In this document: positions 32,069 through 42,835 of the stretch, piece by piece
Layout of the letters: every line of letters begins with the position of its first letter
Numbering within the stretch: position 1 is the stretch's first letter
Assembly (NCBI GenBank): GCA_963695545.1
Contig: OY968796.1
Span: 704,001 to 768,000, forward strand
From: Terriglobia bacterium
GTDB taxonomy: Bacteria > Acidobacteriota > Terriglobia > Acidiferrales > UBA7541
Direction: 5' to 3'
DNA length: 64,000 bases
Made by a program: the position numbers and the translations under genes
The notes under the pieces: model-generated
The model's input: the letters and a program-made list of their open reading frames with translations, nothing else
What the model was told of the DNA's origin: nothing
Databases searched by the model: none

Positions 32069-33255
32069 GCGCGTCTGCCAATCGCATGCCGCGGGAATAC
32101 ATGGCGCCCGAGGATTCCGCGCGCTGGCAATCCGGCGCGCTGATCGTGGGCGTGGTTGCGCTTGTGATTTCCATTGCCGGCGGCTTTGCCAACCCCACGC
32201 AATTTTTCCGCTCGTATCTGATCGGCTTTTTTTTCTGGCTTGGAATCGCGCTCGGTTCTCTCGCGCTGCTGATGCTCCAATATCTCACCGGCGGAGACTG
32301 GGGCGTGATGATCCGACGGCCGCTTGAAAGCGCCACGCGCACGCTGCCGCTGATGTTGCTGCTGTTTGCTCCACTCGCGTTCGGCGTACGCCACGTGTAC
32401 GAGTGGATGGCGCCGGGAACAATCTTGCCTCCGCACAAGGCCGTGTATCTGACCGTGCCGTTTTTCTTCGAGCGCGCCGCGATTTATTTCGCGGTCTGGA
32501 TCGTTCTGCAGTGGCTGCTGAATCGATGGTCGCATCAGCAGGATGAAACCGGCGACGTGCGCTTCAAGCTCAAGCTGACCTACCTCGCGGGCCCCGGCTT
32601 GATCCTGTACGGCTTGACGATTTCATTCGCCTCGGTGGATTGGATCATGTCGCTCGATCCGTCGTGGTATTCCAGCATTTTCGGGATTTTGATCATTGGC
32701 GGGCAATTGGTTGCCGCGATGTCCATGATGATCGTGACGCTGGTGGCGCTGGGGCGCGAAGAACCCATGGAGAGCGTCTACCAGTCCCGCCACTACCACG
32801 ATTTGGGGAAGCTGCTTTTTGCCTTCGTGATGCTCTGGGCTTACTTTTCCGTGTCGCAGTTGATCATCATTTGGTCGGGCAATCTGCCCGAGGAAATTTC
32901 CTGGTACATGTCGCGCATCGTGGGCGAATGGCGCTGGGTGGGATTGCTTTTGGTGATCGCGCACTTCGCGCTGCCCTTCGGCCTGTTGCTCTCGCGGGAT
33001 TTGAAACGAAGGCCGGGGCGTCTCGTGTGGATCGCAGGACTGCTTCTGGTCGCGCGCCTGGTGGACGTCTACTGGCTGACCGCGCCGGAATTCTGGCCCG
33101 GCGGAATTCATCTGCACTGGATGGACGTGCTGGTTCCCATCGGCATCGGGGGAATTTGGATTTGGTTTTACGTGCGCCAGTTGCGGCAATGGCCGCTGTT
33201 GCCGGTCGCCGACCGCCGGCTCGCGGAAGCTATGGAGCGTCATGCCCATGCCTGA
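32065..33255 (+). CDS. actF: Alternative complex III membrane subunit F
   Basis: ATGA overlap; LTGGDWG, DWIMSLDPSWYSSIFG, HDLGKLLFAFVMLWAY, IIWSGNLPEE. Confidence 0.93.
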   Translation: MSASANRMPREYMAPEDSARWQSGALIVGVVALVISIAGGFANPTQFFRSYLIGFFFWLGIALGSLALLMLQYLTGGDWGVMIRRPLESATRTLPLMLLLFAPLAFGVRHVYEWMAPGTILPPHKAVYLTVPFFFERAAIYFAVWIVLQWLLNRWSHQQDETGDVRFKLKLTYLAGPGLILYGLTISFASVDWIMSLDPSWYSSIFGILIIGGQLVAAMSMMIVTLVALGREEPMESVYQSRHYHDLGKLLFAFVMLWAYFSVSQLIIIWSGNLPEEISWYMSRIVGEWRWVGLLLVIAHFALPFGLLLSRDLKRRPGRLVWIAGLLLVARLVDVYWLTAPEFWPGGIHLHWMDVLVPIGIGGIWIWFYVRQLRQWPLLPVADRRLAEAMERHAHA

Positions 33256-33754
33256 GCACGAGACTCACGGGAATCCAACGAACGCGACGGAACCCGTGCA
33301 TCCGACGGTGGCCTTCGAGACTGAAGACGTCAGCGTCAGCGGAGTCGAGCGCGTGGGACTGGGATTGGCTCTCGTGATCGTCGTCACTTTGGTGGTCATC
33401 GCGGGGGTTTTTCATTTCTTCACGCGCGTGCAGCCCGTCGGGACGCCGGAGGTCGCGGCGAGCATGCGCGGGGATGAGCAAACTTTGCCGCCGGCTCCGC
33501 GCATGCAGGAAATCCCCGGCGACACCGTGCCGCCGCCCGAACAGCGGCGCGAATTCCAGGCGGCCGCCGCCGCGGAGTTGGATAGCTACGGCTGGGTGAA
33601 TGGGCAAAAGAGCGTCGCGCACATTCCGATCGAAGACGCGATGGCGCTATTGGTGAAGAACGGATTGGCGCCGGCCGCGCCGCCAGTTGCGGCGTACGGC
33701 AATCCGCAGGTTAAGCCACAGTCGATAGCCGTAAAAGGAAAGAAGGGGCCATGA
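33242..33754 (+). CDS. Single-TM ACIII-associated protein (ActG-like)
   Basis: FETEDV, one TM helix, PAPRMQ, SYGWV...HIPIEDAM; lies between actF and SCO. Confidence 0.65.
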   Translation: MPMPEHETHGNPTNATEPVHPTVAFETEDVSVSGVERVGLGLALVIVVTLVVIAGVFHFFTRVQPVGTPEVAASMRGDEQTLPPAPRMQEIPGDTVPPPEQRREFQAAAAAELDSYGWVNGQKSVAHIPIEDAMALLVKNGLAPAAPPVAAYGNPQVKPQSIAVKGKKGP

Positions 33755-34653
33755 AGGTCAGTGCCGCAGGCGCCGGACAGTTCGAGCGAGCCGTGCAAAT
33801 AATGGGAATGCTTATGCTCGCGGGCCTGTGCGCCTCAGGCTCGCTGCACGCACAGGGGATGTTCAACGGCGGGACGCCGCCGATCATCGCTCCTCCATCG
33901 AACACCGTACCGTTGCAGCTTGCGGGCGTGGATTTCGTGCCGCCCTTCGGCGCGACTCTGCCGCTCGACACCCAATTTCGCGACGACCAGGGCCGCGACG
34001 TGCGCCTCGGCGACTACTTCGGCTCGAAGCCCGTGATTTTGACTTTTGGATATTACCAGTGCCCGATGCTGTGCACGCAGGTGCAGCGCGGTATCGCGAG
34101 CGTCCTGAAGGTTGTGAAATTAGTTCCGGGCAAGGATTTCCAGGTGGTCTTCATCAGCTTCAATCCGAAAGAAACGCCGGCGATGGCCGCGGCGAAGAAA
34201 CAAGCCGCCATCGACTACTACCACCGCCCCGGCACCGACGACGGCTGGCATTTTCTGGTGGGTGACGACGCCAACGTGCGCCGCGCGGCTCAAGCCGCGG
34301 GATTTAAATACGTCTACGATCCGAAGACCGGTCTCTACGCACACGCCACGGGGATTTTGGTGCTCACGCCCGACGGGAAAATTTCGCGCGTATTCTACGG
34401 GATCGAATATCCGCCGCGCGATTTAGAGCTGGGCCTGGTTGAATCTTCGCACGGAAAGTTTGGCACCATCGGCGACCACCTGCTGCTGTTCTGCTGCGAA
34501 TACGATCCTTCCACCGGGCGCTACAGCGCGACGATTTTGGATGTGATTCGTCTGTTCGGGATTCTGCTCGTGCTCGCGCTCGGAATTTTCATGGGGATCC
34601 ACTGGTGGCACGATGCGCACGCGGCCAGCGGAGTCCCGTCGGGGGCCAGATAG
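33751..34653 (+). CDS. SCO family copper chaperone
   Basis: YYQCPMLC (CxxxC), YAHATG, SRVFYGIEY. Confidence 0.92.
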   Translation: MKVSAAGAGQFERAVQIMGMLMLAGLCASGSLHAQGMFNGGTPPIIAPPSNTVPLQLAGVDFVPPFGATLPLDTQFRDDQGRDVRLGDYFGSKPVILTFGYYQCPMLCTQVQRGIASVLKVVKLVPGKDFQVVFISFNPKETPAMAAAKKQAAIDYYHRPGTDDGWHFLVGDDANVRRAAQAAGFKYVYDPKTGLYAHATGILVLTPDGKISRVFYGIEYPPRDLELGLVESSHGKFGTIGDHLLLFCCEYDPSTGRYSATILDVIRLFGILLVLALGIFMGIHWWHDAHAASGVPSGAR

Positions 34654-34657
34654 AACC

Positions 34658-35644
34658 GTGGGATCGAATTTTCCATTGTTTCCGGAGCGGGCTTCGAGCG
34701 TGGCCGGAGGTGTGGACTCACTCTTCTTGTTGCTGGTGGCCGTTGCGGTCTTCTTTTCCGTACTCATCGGCGTCGCAATTTTTTATCTTTCTTTCCGCTA
34801 CCGCCGCCGGCCGAACAACCAAGTCGGACAGCTTGTGCCGGGTTCCGAAGCCCTTGAAATCACCTGGATGGTAATCCCCTTCATGATTGCCATGGTGCTC
34901 TTCGCCTGGGGCGCGAAACTCTACGTCACCATGCGGCAATCGCCTTCCGACGCGCTGAATATTTACGTCGTGGGCAAACAATGGATGTGGAAGATCCAGC
35001 ATGCCGACGGGCGGCGCGAGTTCAACGAGTTGCATGTTCCGGTGAATCGAGACGTCCAGCTCACCATGATTTCCGAAGACGTGATCCACGATTTCTTCGT
35101 GCCCGCGTTTCGCGTGAAGATGGACGTGCTGCCCGGCCGCTACACCACGCTGTGGTTCCGCGCCACAAAAACCGGAAGCTATCATCTGTTTTGCTCTCAG
35201 TATTGTGGCACCAATCATTCGCTCATGGGTGGCTGGGTCATCGTCATGGAACCTTCCCAATATCAGGCCTGGCTCGCCGGCGGCTCGAACAGCGAGAGCC
35301 CTCAACAAGCGGGCCAGCGTCTTTTTACGACGTTGGCTTGCGTTTCCTGCCACGGCGATCCATCCGAGGTTGGGGCCGGCCCGCGCGCGCCTTCGCTCCG
35401 CGGCGTCTATGGCTCAACGGTGAAACTCGCCGACGGCCGGACCATCACAGCCGACGACCAGTATCTCCGCCAGCATATTCTCACTCCCGGAGCCACGGTC
35501 GTGGCCGGCTACGACAACATCATGCCGACGTTCCAGGGCGTCGTCAGTGAAGATCAACTGCTGCAACTGATCGCGTACATCAAGTCCTTGGGAACGCAGC
35601 CGGCGCAAAGCGCATCGGGCGCAGCCGCGCCGGCCGCGCAGTGA
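34658..35644 (+). CDS. coxB: Cytochrome c oxidase subunit II with fused cytochrome c (caa3-type)
   Basis: GKQWMW, EDVIHDF, CuA motif [13 protein letters not shown]-terminal CVSCH. Confidence 0.96.
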   Translation: MGSNFPLFPERASSVAGGVDSLFLLLVAVAVFFSVLIGVAIFYLSFRYRRRPNNQVGQLVPGSEALEITWMVIPFMIAMVLFAWGAKLYVTMRQSPSDALNIYVVGKQWMWKIQHADGRREFNELHVPVNRDVQLTMISEDVIHDFFVPAFRVKMDVLPGRYTTLWFRATKTGSYHLFCSQYCGTNHSLMGGWVIVMEPSQYQAWLAGGSNSESPQQAGQRLFTTLACVSCHGDPSEVGAGPRAPSLRGVYGSTVKLADGRTITADDQYLRQHILTPGATVVAGYDNIMPTFQGVVSEDQLLQLIAYIKSLGTQPAQSASGAAAPAAQ

Positions 35645-35660
35645 AAGGGGTAAGAGAGCC

Positions 35661-37457
35661 ATGAGCACGATCACCGCGAATCCGCCGCCGGCTTCAAGTC
35701 CGCCGCCGAAGCCCCGCGAAAACTACCTGAATGCCAGTTACGGCATTCGCTCCTGGCTGCTGACGACGGACCATAAGCGCATTGCTCTTCTGTGGCTGTT
35801 CTCCGTGACCTGTTTTTTCGCTATGGGCGGATTTTTCGCCATGCTGATTCGCTTGCAATTGCTCACGCCAGAGGGCTGGCTGGTTACGCCCGACACGTAC
35901 AACCGCCTGTTCACCATGCACGGCGTGATGATGATTTTCTTCTTCCTGATTCCATCCATCCCGGCGGTGCTTGGGAATTTCCTGATTCCGCTGATGATCG
36001 GCGCGAAGGATCTGGCCTTTCCCAAGCTGAATTTGCTCAGCTGGTACATTTTCAATATCGGAGCGCTTTTTACGGTCTACTCGATCGTCACCGGAGGCGT
36101 GGACACCGGCTGGACGTTCTACACGCCTTTCAGCAGTATTTATTCCAACTCTCAGGTGTCTGCCGCAGTCATCGGAATTTTCATCGTCGGCTTCAGCTCG
36201 ATCCTCACGGGCCTGAATTTCGTCGTAACCATTCACACCATGCGCGCGCCGGGCATGACTTGGTGGCGCTTACCGATCTTTGTGTGGACGCACTACGCGA
36301 CCAGCATCATCTTCATCCTGGGGACGCCGGTGCTGGCGATCACCCTCGCCATGGTCGCGGCAGAGCGCTTATTGCACATCGGCGTCTTCGATCCACGCCT
36401 GGGCGGCGACCCGCTGCTATTTCAGCATCTGTTCTGGTTTTATTCGCATCCGGCGGTTTACATCATGATCTTGCCGGCGATGGGCGTGGTCTCGGAGATC
36501 ATCCCCACGTTCGCGCGCAAGAATCTTTATGGCTATAAGGCCGTGGCCATCGCCAGTCTGGGCATTGCGGCAATCGGTTTTCTGGTCTGGGCCCACCACA
36601 TGTTCGTCGCCGGGATTTCGATTTACGCGGCGATGGTTTTTTCCCTCCTGAGTTATCTCGTCGCCATTCCTTCGGCAATTAAAGTGTTCAATTGGACGGC
36701 CACGCTCTATCGCGGCTCGGTTTCATGGCAAACGCCGATGCTTTACGCGCTGGGCTTCATCGGCTTGTTCACCATGGGCGGCATGACGGGCTTGTTCCTT
36801 GCCGCCATTGGCGCCGACGTCCACGTGCACGACACCTATTTCGTCGTCGCGCACTTTCACTACATCATGGTGGGCGGCGCGGTGATGGGATATCTCGGCG
36901 GCCTGCATTATTGGTGGCCGAAGATCAGCGGGCGCATGTATCCGGAAATGCTCTCGCGCGCCGCCGCGATTATCTTGTTCGTCGGCTTCAATCTGACGTT
37001 CTTCCCGCAGTTCGTCCTGGGCTATCTCGGCATGCCCCGGCGCTACGCCACCTATCCGCCGGAATTCCAGATACTCAACGTTTTTTCCACCGCCGGCGCC
37101 TCCATCCTTGGCCTCGGCTATCTGCTGCCGATCTGCTATTTCATCTGGTCGATGCGCTACGGCCCCATCGCGAGCTCGAATCCCTGGCCCGGAACCGGAC
37201 TTGAGTGGCAGACCACTTCGCCGCCGCCGACCGAGAATTTTGAAACCACGCCCGTAGTCACCTGGGAGCCGTACGATTTCGAGCATCGCCCCGATCTGGG
37301 TCTGCCAAAACCGGAACGCGCGCGGCCCGCACCACTCGAGGCGCCTGGCCTCGAGCTGAGGAGACTAGAGTGGAACGTACCGGCGCCCTGTTCGGCCAGT
37401 TTCGCGATCTCGATCAGCAGCGGGAGACCGCTTCGCTGGGCATGTGGGTATTTCTGA
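35661..37457 (+). CDS. coxA: Heme-copper oxidase subunit I, A2 type
   Basis: [22 protein letters not shown] (YS motif), [19 protein letters not shown]. Confidence 0.97.
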   Translation: MSTITANPPPASSPPPKPRENYLNASYGIRSWLLTTDHKRIALLWLFSVTCFFAMGGFFAMLIRLQLLTPEGWLVTPDTYNRLFTMHGVMMIFFFLIPSIPAVLGNFLIPLMIGAKDLAFPKLNLLSWYIFNIGALFTVYSIVTGGVDTGWTFYTPFSSIYSNSQVSAAVIGIFIVGFSSILTGLNFVVTIHTMRAPGMTWWRLPIFVWTHYATSIIFILGTPVLAITLAMVAAERLLHIGVFDPRLGGDPLLFQHLFWFYSHPAVYIMILPAMGVVSEIIPTFARKNLYGYKAVAIASLGIAAIGFLVWAHHMFVAGISIYAAMVFSLLSYLVAIPSAIKVFNWTATLYRGSVSWQTPMLYALGFIGLFTMGGMTGLFLAAIGADVHVHDTYFVVAHFHYIMVGGAVMGYLGGLHYWWPKISGRMYPEMLSRAAAIILFVGFNLTFFPQFVLGYLGMPRRYATYPPEFQILNVFSTAGASILGLGYLLPICYFIWSMRYGPIASSNPWPGTGLEWQTTSPPPTENFETTPVVTWEPYDFEHRPDLGLPKPERARPAPLEAPGLELRRLEWNVPAPCSASFAISISSGRPLRWACGYF

Positions 37458-38020
37458 TGACCGAGGTGATGTTTTTCGGCGGACTTTTCCTGGCTTACAC
37501 GGTCTACCGCTACAAGTATCATGATGCCTTCGCCGCCGCGAGCCGCGAGCTCGATGTCGCCAAGGGCGCGCTGAACACCGGCGTGCTGATCCTTTCCAGT
37601 TTCACGATGGCCGTGGCGGTGTGGGCTTCCGAGATGCGCAAGCGCAAGCTGCTTTGCATTTTCCTGATACTCACGATGCTGCTGGGCGGCGTTTTCCTCA
37701 CCATCAAGGGCTTTGAATACGCCCAGAAGTTTGAGCACCATCTGGTGCCCGGGCCCAATTTCAATTTCCCGGCTCCCGTGCCCGAAGCGCAGCATGCGGA
37801 ACTTTTCTTCGCGCTCTACTTCCTGATGACCGGCATGCACGCGCTGCACATGATCATCGGCGAAGGCATGCTGCTCATTCTGTTGATTTACGCCTGGAAA
37901 GGGAGCTTCACCGGCGAGTATCACGCGCCCATGGAAAATGCGGGCTTGTACTGGCATTTCGTGGATATCGTCTGGATTTTCCTGTTTCCGTTGCTGTATC
38001 TCATTGACCTGCACCATTGA
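37370..38020 (+). CDS. coxC: Cytochrome c oxidase subunit III
   Basis: [43 protein letters not shown] before GTG. Confidence 0.95.
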   Translation: MERTGALFGQFRDLDQQRETASLGMWVFLMTEVMFFGGLFLAYTVYRYKYHDAFAAASRELDVAKGALNTGVLILSSFTMAVAVWASEMRKRKLLCIFLILTMLLGGVFLTIKGFEYAQKFEHHLVPGPNFNFPAPVPEAQHAELFFALYFLMTGMHALHMIIGEGMLLILLIYAWKGSFTGEYHAPMENAGLYWHFVDIVWIFLFPLLYLIDLHH

Positions 38021-38043
38021 GGAGGAATTCCGTCGAGGCGCCC

Positions 38044-38352
38044 ATGGCTACGTCAACCGAGCATCCAAGCGAGCACATCGTACCGATCAAAACCTACGCC
38101 GTGGTGTGCGCCACGCTGCTGGTGCTGACGTTTCTGACCTATCGAATCGCCTACGTGGACCTGGGCCCGCTCAATGTCGTCGTGGCCATCGTGATCGCGT
38201 GCATCAAAGCCACGCTGGTCGTCCTTTTCTTCATGCACGCCGCCTACGCGCCGCGCCGCACGCGCATGGTCATCCTGGCGGGGATCTTCTGGATGTTGCT
38301 GCTTCTCGGCCTGACGCTGGCCGATTATTTGACGCGGCTATTGCCCCGATAG
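38044..38352 (+). CDS. Cytochrome c oxidase subunit IV family protein
   Basis: Three TM helices; IACIKATLVVLFFMH. Confidence 0.88.
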   Translation: MATSTEHPSEHIVPIKTYAVVCATLLVLTFLTYRIAYVDLGPLNVVVAIVIACIKATLVVLFFMHAAYAPRRTRMVILAGIFWMLLLLGLTLADYLTRLLPR

Positions 38353-38385
38353 CCGCCTTCGCGGATCGCCGTACCTACAGGTTGA

Positions 38386-38414
38386 TTGACACCGGCGTAC
38401 CCCGCGAGTATCAT
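38386..38414 (+). promoter_or_regulatory. sigma70 promoter of rpsA
   Basis: TTGACA-17 nt-TATCAT. Confidence 0.75.
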
Positions 38415-38543
38415 CCCGAACGAAGCAGCATATTGGGGTGGGTTCGCATCTCCTTCCTTGCACCTGTTCCGTGACTGGGAAGAATCACCGGGGTGGGCGA
38501 GTCATCCTCCAAACGGGATGGCGTCGTCTGGGAGGCAGTCAGT

Positions 38544-40505
38544 ATGTTTTCCGAAGCCGAAACGCCGACCGCTGAACACGCCGAGCCGACGGCAGCATCG
38601 CCGGCCCCTGAGCCCGTTTTGCACGAGTCCTCCGCTGCGGCAGCCGCCGCTGTAGCTCCCGCTTCCCAGGCCCAACCAGCCCCGGCTGCGGACGCGCCGA
38701 ACGCGTCGTCCGGCCTCTCGAACGAAGTTCCCGCAGAAGCGCCCGTTGCCGCTTCATCCGACGCGACCACTGCAGACGCCGCGACCGCCGGCGACGCCGA
38801 AGACGCCCCGATCGAAATGGAGCAGCTACTCGATCAGTACGCTGCGCCGCAATCCACCGCCGTCGAAGGCGAAATCGAAGCCGGCCAAGTCGTGGCCGTC
38901 ACCGACCTCGGCATTGTCGTCAATCTCGGCGGCAAAACCGAAGGCCTGATCCTCGCGCAGGAAATCACCGAAGCCGAAGAACCCATCAAGCTCGATCCCG
39001 GCCAGCCGATCGAAGTCGTGCGCACCGGAGAACACAAGGAAGGCTATGCCGTTCTCTCGCACCTGCGCGCGCTCAAGCGCCGCGCCTGGACAAATATCGA
39101 AAAGGCCTACCGCGATAAAACGGAGCTAAGCGGCAAGGTCGTCGATCGCATCAAGGGAGGCCTCGTTGTAAACGTGGGAGTGCGCGCGTTTCTGCCCGCC
39201 TCGCAGCTCGATCTCCGCCCCGTCGCCAATCTCGACGCGCTGAAGGACCAGGAAATTACCGTGCGCGTCGTGAAGCTCAATCGCAAGCGCGGCAACGTGG
39301 TCGTCAGCCGGCGCGCGATTCTCGAGGAGCAATCGAAGGCCGAGCGCCAGAAGCTTCTCGATTCTCTCGAAGAAGGCCAGGTGCGCCGCGGCATGGTCAA
39401 GAACGTCACGGCCTACGGCGCGTTCATCGACCTCGGCGGCCTCGACGGCCTGCTCCACGTCACTGACATGTCCTGGGGCCGCGTCTCCAGCCCATCCGAG
39501 ATCGTTCGCCCCGGCGACGATGTCGAAGTGAAAGTTTTGAAGTTTGATAAGGAAAAAGCGCGCGTCGCGCTGGGCTTAAAACAACTTCAGCCCGACCCAT
39601 GGCTCAGCGTCGTCGAACGCTACAAAGTCGGCACGCGCCTCCCCGGCAAAGTCATCAGTGTCGTCGATTACGGCGCGTTCGTTGAAATCGAGCCGGGCAT
39701 CGACGGCCTGGTGCACGCGAGCGAAATGAGTTGGTCGAAGCGGAAGCTGCACCCCTCGAAAGTGGTCAAGCCCGGCGACGCCGTCGAAGTCGTCGTGCTC
39801 GGCGTGGATTCAAATGAGCGCCGCATCTCCCTGGGCATGAAGCAGACCCAGACCGACCCTTGGCAGGAATTGGCCGCGAAATATCCGGTCGGCACGGTAG
39901 TCGAAGGCCGCGTGCGCAATCTCACCGAGTTCGGCGCCTTCGTTGAAATCGAGGAAGGTTTCGACGGCCTGATCCACGTCAGCGACATTTCCTGGACCGG
40001 CCGCATCAAGAGCCCCGCCGACGTCCTGAAAAAGGGCGACACGGTGAAAGCTAAGGTTCTGAAGATCGAACCTTCCGGCCGGCGCGTTTCGCTGGGCATC
40101 AAGCAGGTCGACGACGTCTGGACCAACTGGTTCGCCCAGCACAAAGTGGGCAGCCTGGTGCACGGCAAAGTCTCGCGCCTCACAACTTTCGGCGCGTTCG
40201 TGGCCCTCGCCGAAGGAATCGAAGGGCTCTGCCACATCTCCGAAATCGAAGAGCGCCACAAAGGCGATAGATCCCAAGCTCCGCCCCGCGCCGGCGGTTC
40301 AAAATCGGGCGAGATGCTGCATGTCGGCCAGGGTTACGATTTCAAAATCGTGAAAATTCAGCCTGATCAGCACAAAATCGGGCTCAGCTTCCGCGCCGCC
40401 ATCAAGCAAGCGGAGCGTCGCGATATGGAGGACTACCGCTCGTCGAAGTCCTCGGCTACGGCCACCATTGGCGACGCCATCATGGCCAAGCGGGTAACGC
40501 AGTGA
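38544..40505 (+). CDS. rpsA: 30S ribosomal protein S1 with Ala/Pro-rich N-terminal extension
   Basis: Repeated S1 domains (RAFLPASQ; YGAFIDLGGLDGLLHVTDMSW; FGAFVEIEEGFDGLIHVSDISW); GGAGG RBS before ATG 38544. Confidence 0.95.
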   Translation: MFSEAETPTAEHAEPTAASPAPEPVLHESSAAAAAAVAPASQAQPAPAADAPNASSGLSNEVPAEAPVAASSDATTADAATAGDAEDAPIEMEQLLDQYAAPQSTAVEGEIEAGQVVAVTDLGIVVNLGGKTEGLILAQEITEAEEPIKLDPGQPIEVVRTGEHKEGYAVLSHLRALKRRAWTNIEKAYRDKTELSGKVVDRIKGGLVVNVGVRAFLPASQLDLRPVANLDALKDQEITVRVVKLNRKRGNVVVSRRAILEEQSKAERQKLLDSLEEGQVRRGMVKNVTAYGAFIDLGGLDGLLHVTDMSWGRVSSPSEIVRPGDDVEVKVLKFDKEKARVALGLKQLQPDPWLSVVERYKVGTRLPGKVISVVDYGAFVEIEPGIDGLVHASEMSWSKRKLHPSKVVKPGDAVEVVVLGVDSNERRISLGMKQTQTDPWQELAAKYPVGTVVEGRVRNLTEFGAFVEIEEGFDGLIHVSDISWTGRIKSPADVLKKGDTVKAKVLKIEPSGRRVSLGIKQVDDVWTNWFAQHKVGSLVHGKVSRLTTFGAFVALAEGIEGLCHISEIEERHKGDRSQAPPRAGGSKSGEMLHVGQGYDFKIVKIQPDQHKIGLSFRAAIKQAERRDMEDYRSSKSSATATIGDAIMAKRVTQ

Positions 40506-40661
40506 AACGGCGTGGGGCTCGTAGCGAAAAAATTTGTTTTCCTAACTTCATAGTTTAGTGATAGGAAAGGCACAGCGTAGCCGGGAGCCGGGCTCCTGAC
40601 TTGGCGCGGCATGAGTGGTGCCGCACTCTTGCATTCCGAACCTTAGCGGAGCAACCGAGAC

Positions 40662-40979
40662 ATGAATGACTCCACACTAACGAAAGCCGACCTGGTCGAA
40701 CAGGTCGTGAAGTCGACCGAGCTCCCGCGCAAGGAGTCGGAAGTTATCGTCGAGACAATTTTCGAGGGCATCATCGGCGCCCTCCAGAATGGCGACAAAA
40801 TCGAAATTCGCGGATTCGGCAGTTTTCGCACGCGCCAGCGCCGCGGCCGCATCGGCCGCAATCCGAAAACCGGCGCCAAGGTCGAGGTGCCGCCCAAACG
40901 CATCCCCTTCTTTAAGCCCAGCAAAGAACTGAAGGACTTCGTCAACACCTCCGGTTCGTCGGCGCGCGCGAGCGACTAG
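40662..40979 (+). CDS. ihfB: Integration host factor beta / HU family DNA-binding protein
   Basis: TKADLV, IEIRGFGSF, GRNPKTG, FFKPSKELK; follows rpsA. Confidence 0.88.
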   Translation: MNDSTLTKADLVEQVVKSTELPRKESEVIVETIFEGIIGALQNGDKIEIRGFGSFRTRQRRGRIGRNPKTGAKVEVPPKRIPFFKPSKELKDFVNTSGSSARASD

Positions 40980-41035
40980 CCGGGCGCACGCGCTTCGGGC
41001 ACGCGCCGCGCCCCGGGCCAAGATTTACACCGAAT

Positions 41036-41518
41036 ATGGACTATCTCTGGACGCCCTGGCGCTACAAATACATCGAGCAATCTGGAAAGAATAAGACCTG
41101 CGTTTTTTGCGACGCCGCCGCTCTGGGCGACGATGCCGCCGCACACATCGTTCTTCGCGGCGTGAAAAATTACGTCATTCTGAATCGCTATCCTTACACC
41201 ACCGGCCACGTGATGATCGTGCCCTACGCGCATATCGCCGAGCTGGGCGATTGCGACGCCGAAACTCTCGCCGAGATGATGCTGCTCGCGCAGCGCGTGC
41301 AAGCCGCGCTCGCCTCCGTATATCACCCGGAAGGCTACAACCTCGGCATGAACCTTGGCCGCTCGGCCGGCGCCGGCGTGCTCGGCCATCTGCATCTGCA
41401 CGTGCTTCCGCGCTGGCCCGGCGACGCGAACTTCATGACCACGATTTCCGAAACCCGCCTCGAGCCCGAAGAACTCGACACCACCTACAAGAAACTTCGC
41501 GAAGCCCTCGGCGCGTGA
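41036..41518 (+). CDS. HIT family hydrolase (Ap4A phosphorylase/FHIT-like)
   Basis: LWTPWR, CVFC, LNRYPYTTGH, HLHLHVLPRW. Confidence 0.92.
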   Translation: MDYLWTPWRYKYIEQSGKNKTCVFCDAAALGDDAAAHIVLRGVKNYVILNRYPYTTGHVMIVPYAHIAELGDCDAETLAEMMLLAQRVQAALASVYHPEGYNLGMNLGRSAGAGVLGHLHLHVLPRWPGDANFMTTISETRLEPEELDTTYKKLREALGA

Positions 41519-41602
41519 TCTGGTTTACTCCGGCGTTGCGCTCGGCTGAAATCCGAGCCTAGGCGCGCTAGAATCGCTCGAGCCGCACCGCGGCCCACAT
41601 CC

Positions 41603-42766
41603 GTGAATTTCGAGCTCACCGAAGAGCAGCAATTGCTTCAACGCACCGTTCGCGAGTTCGCGCGCAACGAAGTCCAGCCGCTCGCGAAGGAGCTGGACGA
41701 AACTGGTCATTTTCCAATGGAAACTTTTCGCAAGGCCGCCGCGCTCGGCCTCACCGGCGTGGCCTTTCCCGAATCCGAAGGCGGCGCGGGTTTCGACCAC
41801 GTCTCCACAGCAATCATGATCGAGGAAATTTCCCGCGCCTGCGCCTCCACCGGCGTGATTCTCTCCGTGCAGAATTCTCTTTGCTGCGAACCGCTTCACC
41901 GCTTCGGCACCGACGCGCAAAAGAAGAAATTCCTCGAGCCCTTTCTGCGCGGCGAAAAAATCGGCTGCTACGCGCTCACCGAACCGCAAGCCGGCTCCGA
42001 CGCGCGCGCCATTGAAACCCGCGCCGTGCGCAAGGGCGATCGCTACATCGTGAATGGCTCAAAAGCCTGGATCACCAATGGCGGCGTCGCCGACGCCGCG
42101 ATCGTCTATGTCAAAACCGATCCGACGATGGGAGAAAAAGGAATCAGCGCGCTAATCATTGAACGCGGAAAAGAAGGCGAGAGCGGTACATCAGGCTTTC
42201 GCGCCGGCAAGGAGGAAGAAAAACTCGGCATCCACGCCACCGCCTGCGTCGAGCTGAGGTTCGACGATTGCGAAGTCCCAATTGAAAATCGCATTGGCGA
42301 AGAAGGCGAAGGTTACCGGATCGCGCTCTCCACCCTCGATGGCGGCCGCGTCGGCATCGCCGCCCAGGCCACGGGAATTGCGCAAGGTGCTTTCGATCAA
42401 GCGCTGGCCTACGCGCAGCAGCGGCGTGCTTTCGGCCACGCGATCGCGGGGTTTCAGGCCATCCAATTCATGCTCGCCGATATGGCCACGGAAATCGAAG
42501 CCGCGCGCTGCCTGGTGCGCCAGGCCGCGTGGAAGCAAGATAGCGGCGCGCGATTTTCGCGCGAAGCATCGATCGCCAAACTCTTCGCCTCCGAACTCGC
42601 CACGCGCGCAACGCACAAAGCCATGCAGATTCACGGCGCCAGCGGCTACAGCCGCGAATATCCCGTCGAGCGAATGTATCGCGACGCGCGCGTCACCGAA
42701 ATCTACGAAGGCACCAGCCAAATCCAGCGCCTGGTGATCGCCTCCTGGGTCCTGAAATCCGCCTGA
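41603..42766 (+). CDS. Acyl-CoA dehydrogenase (short-chain type)
   Basis: YALTEPQAGSD, NGSKAWITNG, QIHGASGY, IYEGTSQIQR. Confidence 0.95.
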   Translation: MNFELTEEQQLLQRTVREFARNEVQPLAKELDETGHFPMETFRKAAALGLTGVAFPESEGGAGFDHVSTAIMIEEISRACASTGVILSVQNSLCCEPLHRFGTDAQKKKFLEPFLRGEKIGCYALTEPQAGSDARAIETRAVRKGDRYIVNGSKAWITNGGVADAAIVYVKTDPTMGEKGISALIIERGKEGESGTSGFRAGKEEEKLGIHATACVELRFDDCEVPIENRIGEEGEGYRIALSTLDGGRVGIAAQATGIAQGAFDQALAYAQQRRAFGHAIAGFQAIQFMLADMATEIEAARCLVRQAAWKQDSGARFSREASIAKLFASELATRATHKAMQIHGASGYSREYPVERMYRDARVTEIYEGTSQIQRLVIASWVLKSA

Positions 42767-42835
42767 CCCGTCCGCCGCGATCTGCACACGCGTGCTTGGT
42801 TTCGCCGCTAGGGCCTCGCGTTATAAGCTGAGCGC

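Noticed and set aside
40611..40630. ATGAGT-N8-ACTCTT upstream of ihfB as a HAIR site
   Set aside because: The spacer is 8 rather than 7 and the outer arms mismatch.
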